Part shown: positions 50,300-62,658 of the stretch, in pieces
Numbering within the stretch: the stretch's first letter is position 1
Layout: each line of letters opens with the position of its first letter
Source: Gekko japonicus
Lineage: Eukaryota
NCBI RefSeq assembly: GCF_001447785.1
Contig: NW_015164186.1
Location: 1,737,142 to 1,801,141, forward strand
Direction of reading: 5' to 3'
Length of the DNA: 64,000 nt
Program-made: the position numbers and the translations under genes
Notes under the pieces: model-generated
Database searches by the model: none
Seen by the model: the letters and a program-made list of their open reading frames with translations, nothing else
Told to the model about the DNA's origin: nothing

Positions 50300-50960
50300 C
50301 ACCCCCACTCCGCAATCTACGCAGATTGCCGCCACCCCTCCCCCACAGCCGCCGACTGCCAGCCGCCCTCACCCATCGCCCCTCACCAAACCCCGCCAGT
50401 CATCAGCCGCTCTCCCTCGGAAGAGAGAGACTTCTCCCCCACCCCCGTCTTCTCAGCCTCCCTCCTTACGGGCAGAGCCGGAGCCCCTCCGCCAGCGCGG
50501 CCGCCGCCTCCTCCACCTCCTCCGCTTCCAGCTTCTGTCGCGCCAGCTCCGCGCCTTCACTTACGTCTGCCGTAAAACCAACACTACACAGACCCCTCCT
50601 TTCTCGTCTCCCTCTCACCTACAGGAAAACAAACTAAACAGCGGTTGGGCGGCTGTTAAAGCACCAGCGCATGCGCCCTTTCCCCTCGAAGGAGAACGGA
50701 GAAAGGGGGGGTGCGCGTGCGTATAAGGAGACCCGGAGCGCATGCGCGTAGTTTTCCTTGCTTTAATTTTTCTCTTCCACTCCAGTTCTTCCTTCCCTCT
50801 TTTCTGGTTGCAGCTGCGCAAAGATTCTTGAGAGCGTGTGCCCCCTTTCCGCACAAGAGCGGGAGTGCTTTAATCCCGTTTAGTAGCGAGAGAAAGGGGA
50901 TTTAAATCCAGCTGCAGCACCTGTTTGTTTGTTTTCTCCCCGAAGCGGAGGTTTTTGATT
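50300..50960 (-). promoter_or_regulatory. GOLGA7 CpG-island promoter and probable non-coding exon 1
   Basis: CpG-rich. Two GCGCATGCGC NRF1 palindromes at 50667-50676 and 50738-50747. Several candidate donors; the one used cannot be determined. Confidence 0.75.
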
Positions 50961-51854
50961 TTCGGTTTGCATTGCTGATATCCCCTCTTCTCCAATAGCA
51001 CGCCTTATTTGTGGTGGGACTCACGGAGGACGCGCAAGCAAACAGTAACATCAGTTTTAAATTTGCCTCTAATAATAATTGTGTGCCATCAAGTGGCAGC
51101 CATAACAACCCCAGGACTATGCGGTTTTCCAGGCAAGAGCTGTCCACAGGTGGTTTTACCTTTGCCTAGCAACCCCAGCCTTTTTTGGTGGTTTGTCATC
51201 CCATGGTCAACTGTGCTTCATTTCCAAGTTCTGATAAAGTTGGACTAGGCTAGAGCATCACTCAGGCTGCTCTTCATGCCTTTGGGTCAATGTTATTTGC
51301 ATTTTATTATCCTGCTTTCCCATGTCCAGGATGGTGAACAATTCCAACAAGGGAGCTGGCAACCTAGAGGGGCTGCTGGAGGTGTTCAAGCATAGACTGG
51401 GTATTCATCGACGTGGATTGCTCTAGCTCTGGATTTCCTGCACTGGTTGGGAGGGGGAGGAGGAGTGTTGCACTAAATTGCCTCTAAGGCTGCTTCCAGT
51501 GCTATGGTGATATGCATTTAAAAAATGAAATACAGATAAAATACCAGCAGCTCAGAGGACATATAAATAGCTGCATAAAAATAAAATATTAGCAGCACAG
51601 AACATAACTAGCACAAAAACAGATCATCTGGTTTTCACTGCAGCAATAAAAGATCTTCCCTTCATAGCAGACAATAACAATATAGAAAACCATCTTGAAA
51701 TGTTTTTGCACTTGGCTCAGCCCTGGACCCTCCAAAAACCACTGAGCTCCGCAATCTAAATCTACCTTCACTAGGGATCCTCTCTGAGCCCCATTCCCTC
51801 ATATGGAGGACTCAGACCCCACCTACACAGATTCCAGAATTTTTATTTCAAGAG

Positions 51855-53612
51855 CTGACACAAAATTATTCAGGATGGTGAGCAAGGTTGACTATGAAGA
51901 GCTCCAGGAGGATCTCCACAAACTAAACGAGTGAGCAACAGTGTGGCAAATGAAGTTCACTATGGGCGTGGTCAGACGCGCTGTTTGATCTGGTGTGTGA
52001 CGGTTCANNNNNNNNNNNNNNNNNNNNNNNNNNNNNNNNNNNNNNNNNNNNNNNNNNNNNNNNNNNNNNNNNNNNNNNNNNNNNNNNNNNNNNNNNNNNN
52101 NNNNNNNNNNNNNNNNNNNNNNNNNNNNNNNNNNNNNNNNNNNNNNNNNNNNNNNNNNNNNNNNNNNNNNNNNNNNNNNNNNNNNNNNNNNNNNNNNNNN
52201 NNNNNNNNNNNNNNNNNNNNNNNNNNNNNNNNNNNNNNNNNNNNNNNNNNNNNNNNNNNNNNNNNNNNNNNNNNNNNNNNNNNNNNNNNNNNNNNNNNNN
52301 NNNNNNNNNNNNNNNNNNNNNNNNNNNNNNNNNNNNNNNNNNNNNNNNNNNNNNNNNNNNNNNNNNNNNNNNNNNNNNNNNNNNNNNNNNNNNNNNNNNN
52401 NNNNNNNNNNNNNNNNNNNNNNNNNNNNNNNNNNNNNNNNNNNNNNNNNNNNNNNNNNNNNNNNNNNNNNNNNNNNNNNNNNNNNNNNNNNNNNNNNNNN
52501 NNNNNNNNNNNNNNNNNNNNNNNNNNNNNNNNNNNNNNNNNNNNNNNNNNNNNNNNNNNNNNNNNNNNNNNNNNNNNNNNNNNNNNNNNNNNNNNNNNNN
52601 NNNNNNNNNNNNNNNNNNNNNNNNNNNNNNNNNNNNNNNNNNNNNNNNNNNNNNNNNNNNNNNNNNNNNNNNNNNNNNNNNNNNNNNNNNNNNNNNNNNN
52701 NNNNNNNNNNNNNNNNNNNNNNNNNNNNNNNNNNNNNNNNNNNNNNNNNNNNNGGGAAAGAGATCTTGGGGACATAGTGGATAGCTCAATGAAAGTGTCA
52801 ACCCAGTGTTCCACAGCAGTAAAAAAAGGCCAGTTTTATGTTGGGGATTATTAGGAAAGGGACTGAAAATAAGACATCAAATAATATTTTATTTTTATTT
52901 ACATTATTTACTTTACTTGCAGTCTGCCTTTCTCACTGATACCTAAGGCAGATTACACAATGTAAGTCAATGCCCTGTATAGATCTAGGGAGTGGCTCCG
53001 TTTGGAATACTGTGTGTAGTTCTGGTCACTCCATCTCAAAACAAACATTGCAGACCTGGAAAACATACAGAAGAGGGCAGCCAAGGTTATTAGGAGGTGA
53101 CCTATGAGGAAAGACTGAAGAGTTTCCTCATTCCCTATGAGGAAAGACTGAAGAGTTTTGGGACTTTTCAGTTTAGAAAAGTGATGACTAAGGGGGGGGG
53201 GACATGACAGAGGTTTATAAAATGTGCACAGAGCAGAGGGAGTGGACAGAGAAAACACTGGAATTTGGGGGTACCCAATGAAGGTGGATGAGCAGTAGAT
53301 TCAGGATGGGCAAAAAGAACTACTTATTTACTCAAATAATTAAAATGTAGAATTCACTGCCAGATGATGTAGTGATAGCTGCAGGAATAGATGGCTTTAA
53401 AAGGGAAAAAAAGCCATTGGTGACAAAAGAGACCCTCCACATGTAAAGGCAGTAAACCTCTGAATACCAGTGCCAGGAGGCAATATGCGGGGAAGGCCTT
53501 CACCTCTGTATCCTGTTGCTGGCCCTCTAGAGTAGCTGAATGGCTGCTGTGTGAAACAGGATGCTGGACTAGATGGACCACTGGTCTGATCCAACAGGGC
53601 TCTTCTTATGAC
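51855..53612 (+). mobile_element. Degenerate CR1 LINE 3' portion spanning the gap
   Basis: ADTKLFRMV...ELQEDLHKL...WQMKF, ERDLGDIVDSSMKVSTQC and LEYCV.FWSLHLK, ending in CTGATCCAACAGGGCTCTTCTTATG. Confidence 0.85.
52008..52753. other. Assembly gap (746 N)
   Basis: Run of N. Confidence 1.
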
Positions 53613-54857
53613 AACCCTGTGTGTACCTGACCGCCCTATCTACACTTGACTTGAGATCAGCCACAGTGATGTCTGCAAAGATATGATGGGCAGCCTCCAC
53701 TGAGATAATTCTGAAGCATCTTGACATTGCAAGCAATTGACTAACCCAATCACACGTGTTCCAGAAGCACAATAGAGTCAGTCAGTCAACCTTTATTGGC
53801 ATAGAAAGCACAATAGAATTACCTATCTTCAGCATGGGCTGTTTGAAAGGAAACAATCTTAGAGCAAGATTCAAATCCAGTAGCACCTTAAAGGCCAACA
53901 AGATTTCCAGGTCATAAGCTTTTGAGAAAAGTATCTGACAAAGGGAGCTTATACCCTGGAAGACATGTTTGTTTTTAAAGTGTTACTGGACTTGAATCTT
54001 GCTCTTCTTTTGCAGACCAACACAGCTAACCACCTGAATACTAGAGCGGTAAACCATACAGAGACACAGTGGCTGGGCAACCTCACAGGAGCCTTTTAAC
54101 AAAAATAAATTTGTTAGCATGGGAGACCTTCTGAAGGTTGCCACCCTGCAAATGGTTCACGTGTATTCTTAGTGGTGCTTCCACCTTGTGAAATGGCCAG
54201 CCTGAGGAGGTCAGGAAGATTCCCACACTTCTGCAGAATGTGCAAAAGAAAAATGTTCAGGAAGGCATTTTTATAAAGGGATTAGACCTGTACTAGAATG
54301 GAACCATCCAGGAGGGCACCTGATAATGAAATAGAATTGTAGACTACTGCAATGATTATTGTATGTGCCTTCTGCTTTTACTGTATTGTCTTAGACCTTG
54401 TAACTCCAGTTTATGAATAGTTTAGGGCATACTTTGCCTCAGACAGTTTCTTGTGTTCATTGTTCTCTAATTCTGTAATCCACATCCTATTGCTTTGTTC
54501 ATTATTGTCTTGTGCTGTCTGATTGCACTGCTTTATATTCTGTAACCCACCCTGAGTCTCAGTAAGAAAGGTAGGTAATAAATAAAGGAAATGAATAAAG
54601 GAAAATGTTGCAAGATGCAACGTGGTTGTTTTCATACAGCACAAAAGTACCCAGGGGTCATTTAGTAGAAAAAGAGCTGCAGGAGCTCATTAGCATAACT
54701 TATTAGCATATGCCACACCCCCTGACATCACCGGAAGTGTGCACCAGCCCCTCTGACAGGCAGAAGCACCTGGCAAAGGAAAAGGGGAGGGGGAGGATCT
54801 CAGGCGCTTCTGCCTGACAGAGGTGCTGACGTGCCCACAGCCAGCCTGGGTGCATTA

Positions 54858-55102
54858 TAGAATCATAGACTCAGAGTGGGAAGGGACCTCCAGGGTCATC
54901 TAGTCTAACCCCCTGCACAATGCAGGAAATTCACCAATACCCCCCCACACACCCCAGTGACCCCTGTTCCATGCCCAGAATATGATTAAAAAAACCTCCA
55001 GGATCACTGGGGGCCAAACTGGCCTGGAGAAAAATTGCTTCCTGGACCCAAAGTGGCGATCAGCATTTCCCTGGGCATGTAAGAAAGGGCCACAAGAACT
55101 AA
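54858..55102 (-). mobile_element. CR1 LINE 3' end
   Basis: Plus strand ATAGAATCATAGA...GAAGGGACCTCCAGGGTCATCTAGTCTAACCCCCTGCAC is the reverse of a CR1 terminus. Confidence 0.8.
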
Positions 55103-55287
55103 TGTTAAGTCCGTGCTTAACAAAATAGCCAGAGAGTGATTCAGCAAAACTCAGGTTTATTTCAGCTCGACGATCAACTTCTCTGACACGGTACAACTTC
55201 TCTGATAGCCCGAACAGCTTCCCATTGCAGCTGCTCGGTATTTAAACATTCCCGGCTAATATAGCCACGTCTACTATACAGTTAACC
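55103..55287 (-). mobile_element. Short LTR-like insertion within the CR1 fragment
   Basis: TGTTAA...TTAACC ends, with minus-strand TTTAAATA and AATAAA. Flanked by a repeated (CC)ACAAGAACTAA. Confidence 0.55.
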
Positions 55288-56399
55288 ACAAGAACTAAGC
55301 ACTGATTCAACCCTTCCTGCTCTACCTCTCGTGATTTGCCTAAGTTCACACAATCAGCATTATGATCCTTTTTAAAGTTGAAAGCATGATATAAATGCAA
55401 AGGACTATTTGTAAGATTATCTGTAAGACACAAGACCAGGACGCATCTCTCTTCTGGCAATCACTTGGAGAGACCCTATCACTCAGCTTCCATTGCCCCC
55501 CACACACCCCACACTGGAATAAGAACATAATATCAGGCCATAGCACATTGCAATAAAGCCCCTACAACTGTATACAGAAATACTGAGCTTCCCTACCATT
55601 TGCCACAACTAGCCCACCACACAACCAGGATCAAGACTCCTAAGTGGACCAACAGACAGGCATACACTTGTTTGAGAAACTGAGTATTACATTACAACAC
55701 CTCTGGAACATTACAGATCAGTAGAGGCAGCACTGCACAGTGGTCAGAGTTGCAGATTGATGTGGGGAGACCCAGGTTTGTATTCTCACTCTGCTGGCTG
55801 AGTGACCTTGGGCAAAATCTCCCCTTCTCTCCCTAACCTACCCCACAGGGTTGTTGTGAGGATGAAATGGAGACTCATGGGCAGGGTCCCCAGCTTCCCT
55901 GGCAGGAACACTATGTTAAGAAATCTCTCACAATTATGCAGCCATAGCAGGCAGGAGGGAAGGAGGCGAATACCTCCAGCACCAGAGACTTGTAGAGGAA
56001 GAGTCAAACTTTGGGGACTCACCTGTGCCCCAGAGGGCCAAGGCAGCAGGGGGAAAATAGTTACTTTTTCCCACCATAGAGAACAATGGAGGGGATAGGG
56101 GCAACCTGTTTGGGGGCCCGTAGAATTGGACCCCCTGGTGCAATGTTCTTCAAACTTGGTTGGTATCTTGGGTAGAGGCTCCAGCAGCTACCCTGCGGGT
56201 TTGGAGCCTCTCCCTCAAACCCCCTCCCCTCCAGCTCCCGGAATATACCCTATGTTTTCACCATTGACTTCAATGGCCCATAGGATATAATGGGGCCGAA
56301 ACGTACATTTGGCTGGCCCTTTTCAGGCCCGGCGTTCTAGCGCAGAACCTGAAAAAGATGGGGAGGGCGGCTCTGCAGGCCGAGCCTGAAAAAGGTGGG

Positions 56400-57720
56400 G
56401 AGGACAGCTCAGCAGCCCCCCCCCCCGTGGTTGCATCTGTCGCCGAAAGTGGCGGCAGCAGGGGCCATAACTTTTTAAAGACCCCTATCAAGAGCTGGGG
56501 GAGAGGTGGAATTTGCCCCTACCAGTCCAAGGCCACTACCCCGGGGCTCAGGGAGGCAAGGGAATGTTTCACCCCACCCCTCCCCCCTGTGCCGGCGTCG
56601 CAGCTGCCGAGAACAGTGACGGCGGCCATAACATTTTAAAGAGCCCCTCCCGAGAGCTGGGGGAGCCAGAAAGACCTCTCACATGTGATGCTGCTCGGAC
56701 ATCACGCGCAAGAAGTTGAATTTGCCCCTGTGAGTCCAAAGCCATCACTTCGGGGCTCAGGGAGACAAGGGAACGTTTTGCCCCTCCGCTCCCCCCCCCC
56801 GCGCCGGCGTCGCAGCTGCCGGTGAGAACGGTGGCGGCAGGCATAAATTTTTAAAAAGCCCCTCCCTCCCGAGAGCTGGGGGAGCCAGAATGACCTCTCG
56901 CGTGTGATGTCACACGTGAAAGGTGGAATTTGCCCCTACGAGTCCAAGGTCACCACCCCAGGGTCACACGCGAATGGTGGAATTTGCCCCTACGAGTCCA
57001 AAGCCACCACCCCGGGGCTCAGGGAGGCAAGGGAACGTTTTGCCCCTCCCCTCCCCCCACGTCCCAGCTGCCAAGAACAGCGGCGGTGGCCATAAGTTTT
57101 TTAAGAGCCCCTCCCAAGAGCTCGGGGAGCCAGAATGACCTCTCCCGTGTGATGTCTGAGTGGCAACGCCGCTCGGACATCACACGCGAGAGGTGGAATT
57201 TGCTCCTACGAGTCCAAAGCCACCACCCCGGGGCTCAGGGAGGCAAGGGAACGTTTTGCCCCACCCCTCCCCCTCCCCCCTGCGGACATCGCAGCTGCCG
57301 CCAAGAACAGCGGCGGCGGCCAGAACTTTTAAAAAAGCCCCTCCCGAGAGCTGGGGGAGCCAGAATGACCTCTCATGCTCGGACATCACACGCGAGAGGT
57401 GGAATTTGCCCCTACGAGTCCAAAGCCACCACCCCGGGGCTCAGGGAGGCAAGGGAACGTTTCGCCCCTCCCTTCCCCTCCGCGGGCATCGCAGCTGCCA
57501 CCAAGAACAGCGGCGGTGGCCATAACTTTTTAAAGAGCCCCTCCCGAGTGCTGGGAGAGCCAGAATGACCTCTCGCGTTGCTGCTCGGACATCACACGCG
57601 AGAGGTGGAATTTGCCCCTAAGAGCCCAAAGCCACCACCCCGGGGCTCAGGGAGGCAAGGGAATGTTTCGCCCCACCCCTCCCCCCGTGCGGGCGTCGCA
57701 GCTGCTGCTGAGAACAGTGA
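56400..57720. repeat. GC/CpG-rich tandem array, ~206-bp unit, about 6.5 copies
   Basis: GAATTTGC.CCT...GGGGCTCAGGGAG.CAAGGGAA recurs near 56508, 56717, 56924/56978, 57194, 57400 and 57606. Confidence 0.92.
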
Positions 57721-57721
57721 T

Positions 57722-60700
57722 GCATACCGGAACCAGAGCGAGCAAAGGATCTAAGCAACAAAGACTTTCCCGATACTACGTAACAACTATCGACAATAAA
57801 TGTGAGTGAAGGAACTGTAAAATAATAAGCATTAAGTGGGAATCGGCAGATGGCAAAACTTCAAGTCTAGAAAGGGGGAGGGAAGCTTCTCAGAGGGGTA
57901 GGAATAACCCTACCCTAGACAAAACAGCGAGAAAAGTAATAAAGGAAAACTAGAAGCCAAGCTGAAATAAAGCCAAGAGCTTGCCTAACTCACATTGAGC
58001 GCAGAGAGCTACATCTTAGATCACAAGGAAGAATCTTGGAACTTTTGGGAACTTTTGTCCTTAACGTAAACAATGTCTCAGTGAGGGGGGAAAATGTTGG
58101 CCAGAGGGAAACTGAACACAGGAACTGCCAGCCTTGCATCACCAGTCACAAGACCGGAACCAACTGCAGACATTGCCAGCATGATCTCTGAAGCCTTGTG
58201 CCCTCTGCTGGATCAGATGACTAATCTCAACAAAAACTTTGATGTGTTACAGAAAGAGCTTAAAGAGACTAAGATAAAAACAGAGAAGACAGCCAAAAAG
58301 CTGAAAAAGGTTGAACACAAGACAAAAACATTGGATCAAAGAATGGAGATAGTGGATAAAGTGAGGACCTCTGTACAACAATAACTATTACAGCTCCAAG
58401 TGGAAAGATCAATGTCTATCTTGAGACTTCAAGGTGTCCCAGAAAAAAAAATGAGAATCTGAAAGAGATCTTAAACGAAGCATTGGCTCCCCTGATTAAA
58501 TATAAACCCGAAGCATTAGAAGCAGACATGGATATAGTGTACAGGACATATTCAGAATTTGTTAAGAAAAATAACCTTCCAGGGGAAATATTTGTAAAAT
58601 TCTCTAAAAGTTCTACAAGAGACCTGATTCTTAAAGCCTGTAATGGGACAATATTAAAAATTCAAGAAGAAATTAAGATCTTAAAGGATGTTCTATTTGA
58701 GATAAGAAAGAAGAGGAAGCAATACAAAAACATCACATCTTTTCTCCAGAGCAATTCAACTCAGTATCGATGGATTATCCCAGAAGAACTCATTGTCAAC
58801 TTTAATGGAAAAAAAGAAAAGATTGACACTTTTGCTAAAGCTGAGCTGTTTCTGAAGCAACGTCAAAGTCCAGCAGCAGATAAAGGAAAAGCAGAGGACA
58901 ATAAAGATACACCAAAGAAAAGCGAACAACATGAGCCAGGCAATGACAGTTCCTCATCATCTTCTTCGGTATCAATGGGTGAGATTTTTGATTCTGACTC
59001 TGAATCTAAAATGGGAGCAGCTGCTCCCAGATCATACAAGGTTAAATTCCCATGGGAGAAGAAGAAGAAACGTAAAGGAAAGAAAATAAATCTATGAAGA
59101 TCCGAGATTCCCCTTTGAAATTGTTTTAACAATGGTGATGTAAACTACTCAATCTAATACTCCCCCCCCAAATGGGGAATTTTTTATTGCATTTTTATTA
59201 AAACTACAAACTATAACAGAAAAAAGGGAGGGGACTACATTTAGGGGATAAAGAAAAGATACCCACTACTGACTAAAAACCCAAGAGAGAAGATCTTCTA
59301 ATCAACTTGAATACACATCTAGTCTTAATCATATTAATCTCATTATTTATTTTATTTTATTTAATTTTTATTTATCTTTCAACTTTCTACCCCGCTCGAA
59401 CCCCCAGGGGGTCTCTGAGCGGCTTACAGTTAATCGCTTATCCCTACCTATGGCCACATATGCTGGGGATGGGGACTGCCCTACCGGCACCCTGTGGAGG
59501 TCTTTATCTTCTTCCTCCCGGTCGGCTTGTCGGCTCGGCTTTATTCTTCCTCCTCTGGCCCTCCCAGCTGGACTCTTAAAAATTCTCTCGCTTTCAGAAC
59601 AGAGTCAATCTTTTCTTTTTTATCCTTGATTTTGAAGGTGACGCATTCTGGAATTAGCCATCTATATCCAATTGAATTTGTTTGAAGAAAAAGAACAAGG
59701 TCTTTATATTTCTTTCTCCGCTGTCTTATTTCAAATGGAATACCCTTCAGTACTCTGATAACACTCTCCCCAGCTCTCAGGGGTGCCCCAGATACTGCTT
59801 TCAGGATTGCATCCCGTACATGCCTCTTTGAGAATCTAACAATAATTTCCCCAGGCAGATTATTTTTCTTTATGTATCCTGAATATGACCTATAGGCCAC
59901 ATCCATTTCGCTTAGCAAAAATTCTGCCTTCATCTCTGTCACTGGGGCCAGTATTTCACTCATCATTTCCTTCAGATTCTCTCCTTAGTCTCTGGCATGT
60001 CCTGAAAGTGAAGGATCATATTAGCTGTTTCCATTTGTAATTGCAGCAACTGCTCTTCTGTAGAAACTTGCTTTTTTCCAGTTTTTGTACTTTCTTCTTC
60101 ACCTTTTGGGTAGTGGCGTCCACTTCTTTCACCTTCTCATTTGTTTGATTCATCATTTTCAGAGTCTCGCTTATCTGATTTTGTTGAGTGGTGATACACT
60201 GAGTCATTGATGTCATCTGCTCTTTGAGATTATTCATTTGGTCCAGCAGGTGGTGCATGGAGTCTGCCAAAGTCTTTGCCCGCTCGTTGGCTCCTTCCGG
60301 TTTTGGGCTCTCAGTTACTTTCGATTTCAGATGTTTCGCTTTCTCTGTCCTCTTCCCCACTATCTTTTTTGCTTTGTTTACTTTCGCAGACTTTTTGAAA
60401 GTCTCTGAATATGCGCTTAAACACTTGCACTCGCCTTGGTAAGTACTCCTTAACAGTTTTAACCGTTTATACTTCCACTCCTCCCCTCAATCGCTCTAAA
60501 GTCTATGCACTTGAGAGGCGTCCCTCCCCCTCTCGCTTTATCTTCTGTTCCGTGGGGTGGGGGTGGGGAGTTTCTTTTTTTTAGTCAATGCTTAAACGAC
60601 TCACGTTCATAATCGGTCCACAGACTTCGTTTACACTCCATTTCTAACGCTCGATCTCCTGCGCTTGCCCCGGTCAGTGTCACTTAGTCCATTTGGTATC

Positions 60701-61162
60701 TCAGCACGAAGAACCATCAGAACGGAGAGGTGCCTCAATTCTCCGACATTGCGCCATCGAAGAGGCAACCTCTCAAAAGCTCCATGGCCAGGGTCCCTTC
60801 AGCCGGGTCCCTGGGGGAGTAGTGAGCCTGTACACCCCCTCCTTCAGCTGGAGCGCAGCTTCATCCCGAGGAGGTCCGGGAGGTGAGTCTGCTAGCGTGC
60901 CGCCATCAACCGGAAGTCCTACTCAATCTAATCCTATTTTTATTTTATTTATTTATTATTTTATTTATTGTTAACATTTTTACCCCGCCCTCCCCATGAG
61001 CCTTCATTTTTATAAATTTAACTTTTATAATGTAATTTTAAGCATTAGGGAATTATCAAAAATCGAAATTAGACTATCAATGATCCTTGCCTACTCTGTA
61101 TTTTAGATTGCAGTTTGTAGTAGGTAGATGTAGTGATAGAAGCAATAAAAAATGTAAAAAAA
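57722..61162 (+). mobile_element. Outer L1-type ORF1-only element (ORF1 ~58073-59097, disrupted; 3'UTR split by a nested insertion)
   Basis: Coiled-coil, then LRLQGVPE, MDIVYR, LPGEIFVKF and YRWIIPE (L1 ORF1p RRM/CTD-like). No ORF2. Ends AATAAAAATGTAAAAAAA at 61144-61162. Confidence 0.7.
59159..60919 (-). mobile_element. Inner full-length L1-type ORF1-only element with 14-bp TSD
   Basis: 5' end GGACTTCCGGTTGATGGCGG at 60919. ORF1 remnants at 60016-60360 and 59541-59966. AATAAAAATGCAATAAAAAA near 59180-59200. CTACTCAATCTAAT at 59145-59158 and 60919-60932. Confidence 0.8.
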
Positions 61163-62378
61163 CCCCCAACATATGTGAAAGAACCTCATGTGGCTCCTGA
61201 GCCGCAGTATGACCACCCCTTCCATAGAATCTGCCTTCCAAACTGGTCATTTTCTTCAGGTGAACTCATCTCTGTCACTGGAGATCACTTGTAATAACAG
61301 AAGATTTCCAGCCACCACTGTCCATTGGGTAGTATTGGACTGGGGTCTGTTTTTGATTCCATACTCTGCCATGGAAACTCCCTTGGAGATCCTGGGCCCA
61401 AGCCCATCGCACTCTGTCAACCTAACCTATGGTACCTCACAGGGCTTTTGTTGTGAGGATAAAATGAAGAAAGGGAAAACAATGTCGTAAGCCACTTCCA
61501 GTCCCCACTGGGGAGGAAAGCAAGATATAAAGATCTAAATAAATGTAATTGGCAATCTGGTAAAAATCGCCCTAGGAAACTTCACTGGATATTTTATGGT
61601 CTGCCAACTGGCCTGGAAAAAAGTAAAAGCCCAATTTAAAAGGTCAGGCTGATATTAACAGGACAGCTAGAGGGACCAGTTGATACATTGGCAACCCTGC
61701 TGTGGGCACACAAAAAAATCCATTTCAATGTATAGAGTGATTGGAAAAGTCTTGAAATGTGACTTCTTCCCTCACCAAACTGGAATTTAAAGTTTCCTCT
61801 AAAATTCCTTTAGCTGGATAATGAAGTCAGGGCTCTTCAACTACCTGCATTGTTTGTGGACTATAACATTTTGCTGCAGTTGGCCAGGCCATGTTCTCAT
61901 ACAAACATTCTCTGTTTTCCTCTTTCTTGCACACACACAGTCACATGTGCTTTTAAAAACAAAAGTTGCCGGAAATCAGCCTGAGGAACGAAACTTTTGT
62001 CGTGCCAAAGCATCTGTTCCATCTCTGCGCAGGAATGTGACTCTCTCTATTGCTTTCACTGGTAGAGTTCAGTTGGAGAGAGCAGATGTTACAGCAAGGT
62101 ATGTAGCAAAGGCTGGCCACAGCCCCAAACCCACTTTCAGGTGTGTGAGTGAAGAGCATTGCAGCTGAGTAGAAGTCAGTGAGTGCTGGGAAAAAAGATG
62201 AATGTGAATTCACCCACAGTTGGGTTGAAAAAAGTATTGGCAGTCCGGTCAAATTGGGACTAGGAAAGATCTCAGTGGCCCCTTGCCCTGGAGGGGCTGG
62301 CAGCCTGGAGCAAGCCAAGATGAGACCCAAGGATGCTGGTAGTACCACTGGGGCTGCCTGGCTTGCACCTAACTAGCA

Positions 62379-62640
62379 TAGGGTTGCCAATCCCCAGTTG
62401 GGGGCAGGGGATCCCCCTAGCTTGGAGGCCCTCCCCCGCTTCAGTGTTATCAGAAAGTGAGGGGAATGTCCGCTGGGTGCTCCATTATACCCTATGGAGA
62501 CCAGTCCCTAAAGGGAATAATGGAGAATCGATCTGTGGGTATCTGGGGCTCTGGGGAAACTGCTTCTTGAGGTAGAGGCACCAAACTTTCAGCACAGCAT
62601 CTGGTGCCCCTCCTCAAAAAACTCCCCAAATTTCAGGCCA
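62379..62640. mobile_element. TAGGGTTGCCA-type non-autonomous DNA element fragment
   Basis: Starts TAGGGTTGCCAATCCCCAG. The body resembles, in reverse, the repeat at 56070-56300. Confidence 0.55.
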
Positions 62641-62658
62641 TGCCTCTAATTTATCCAG

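Noticed and set aside
51923-52854. Long ORFs of 263-307 aa
   Set aside because: Artefacts of translating through the N gap; the flanks are CR1.
56270-57809. Multiple overlapping ORFs with repeated peptides; also considered as a CRISPR-like array
   Set aside because: They come from a GC-rich tandem repeat with no unique spacers, no recognisable domain, and a eukaryotic context.
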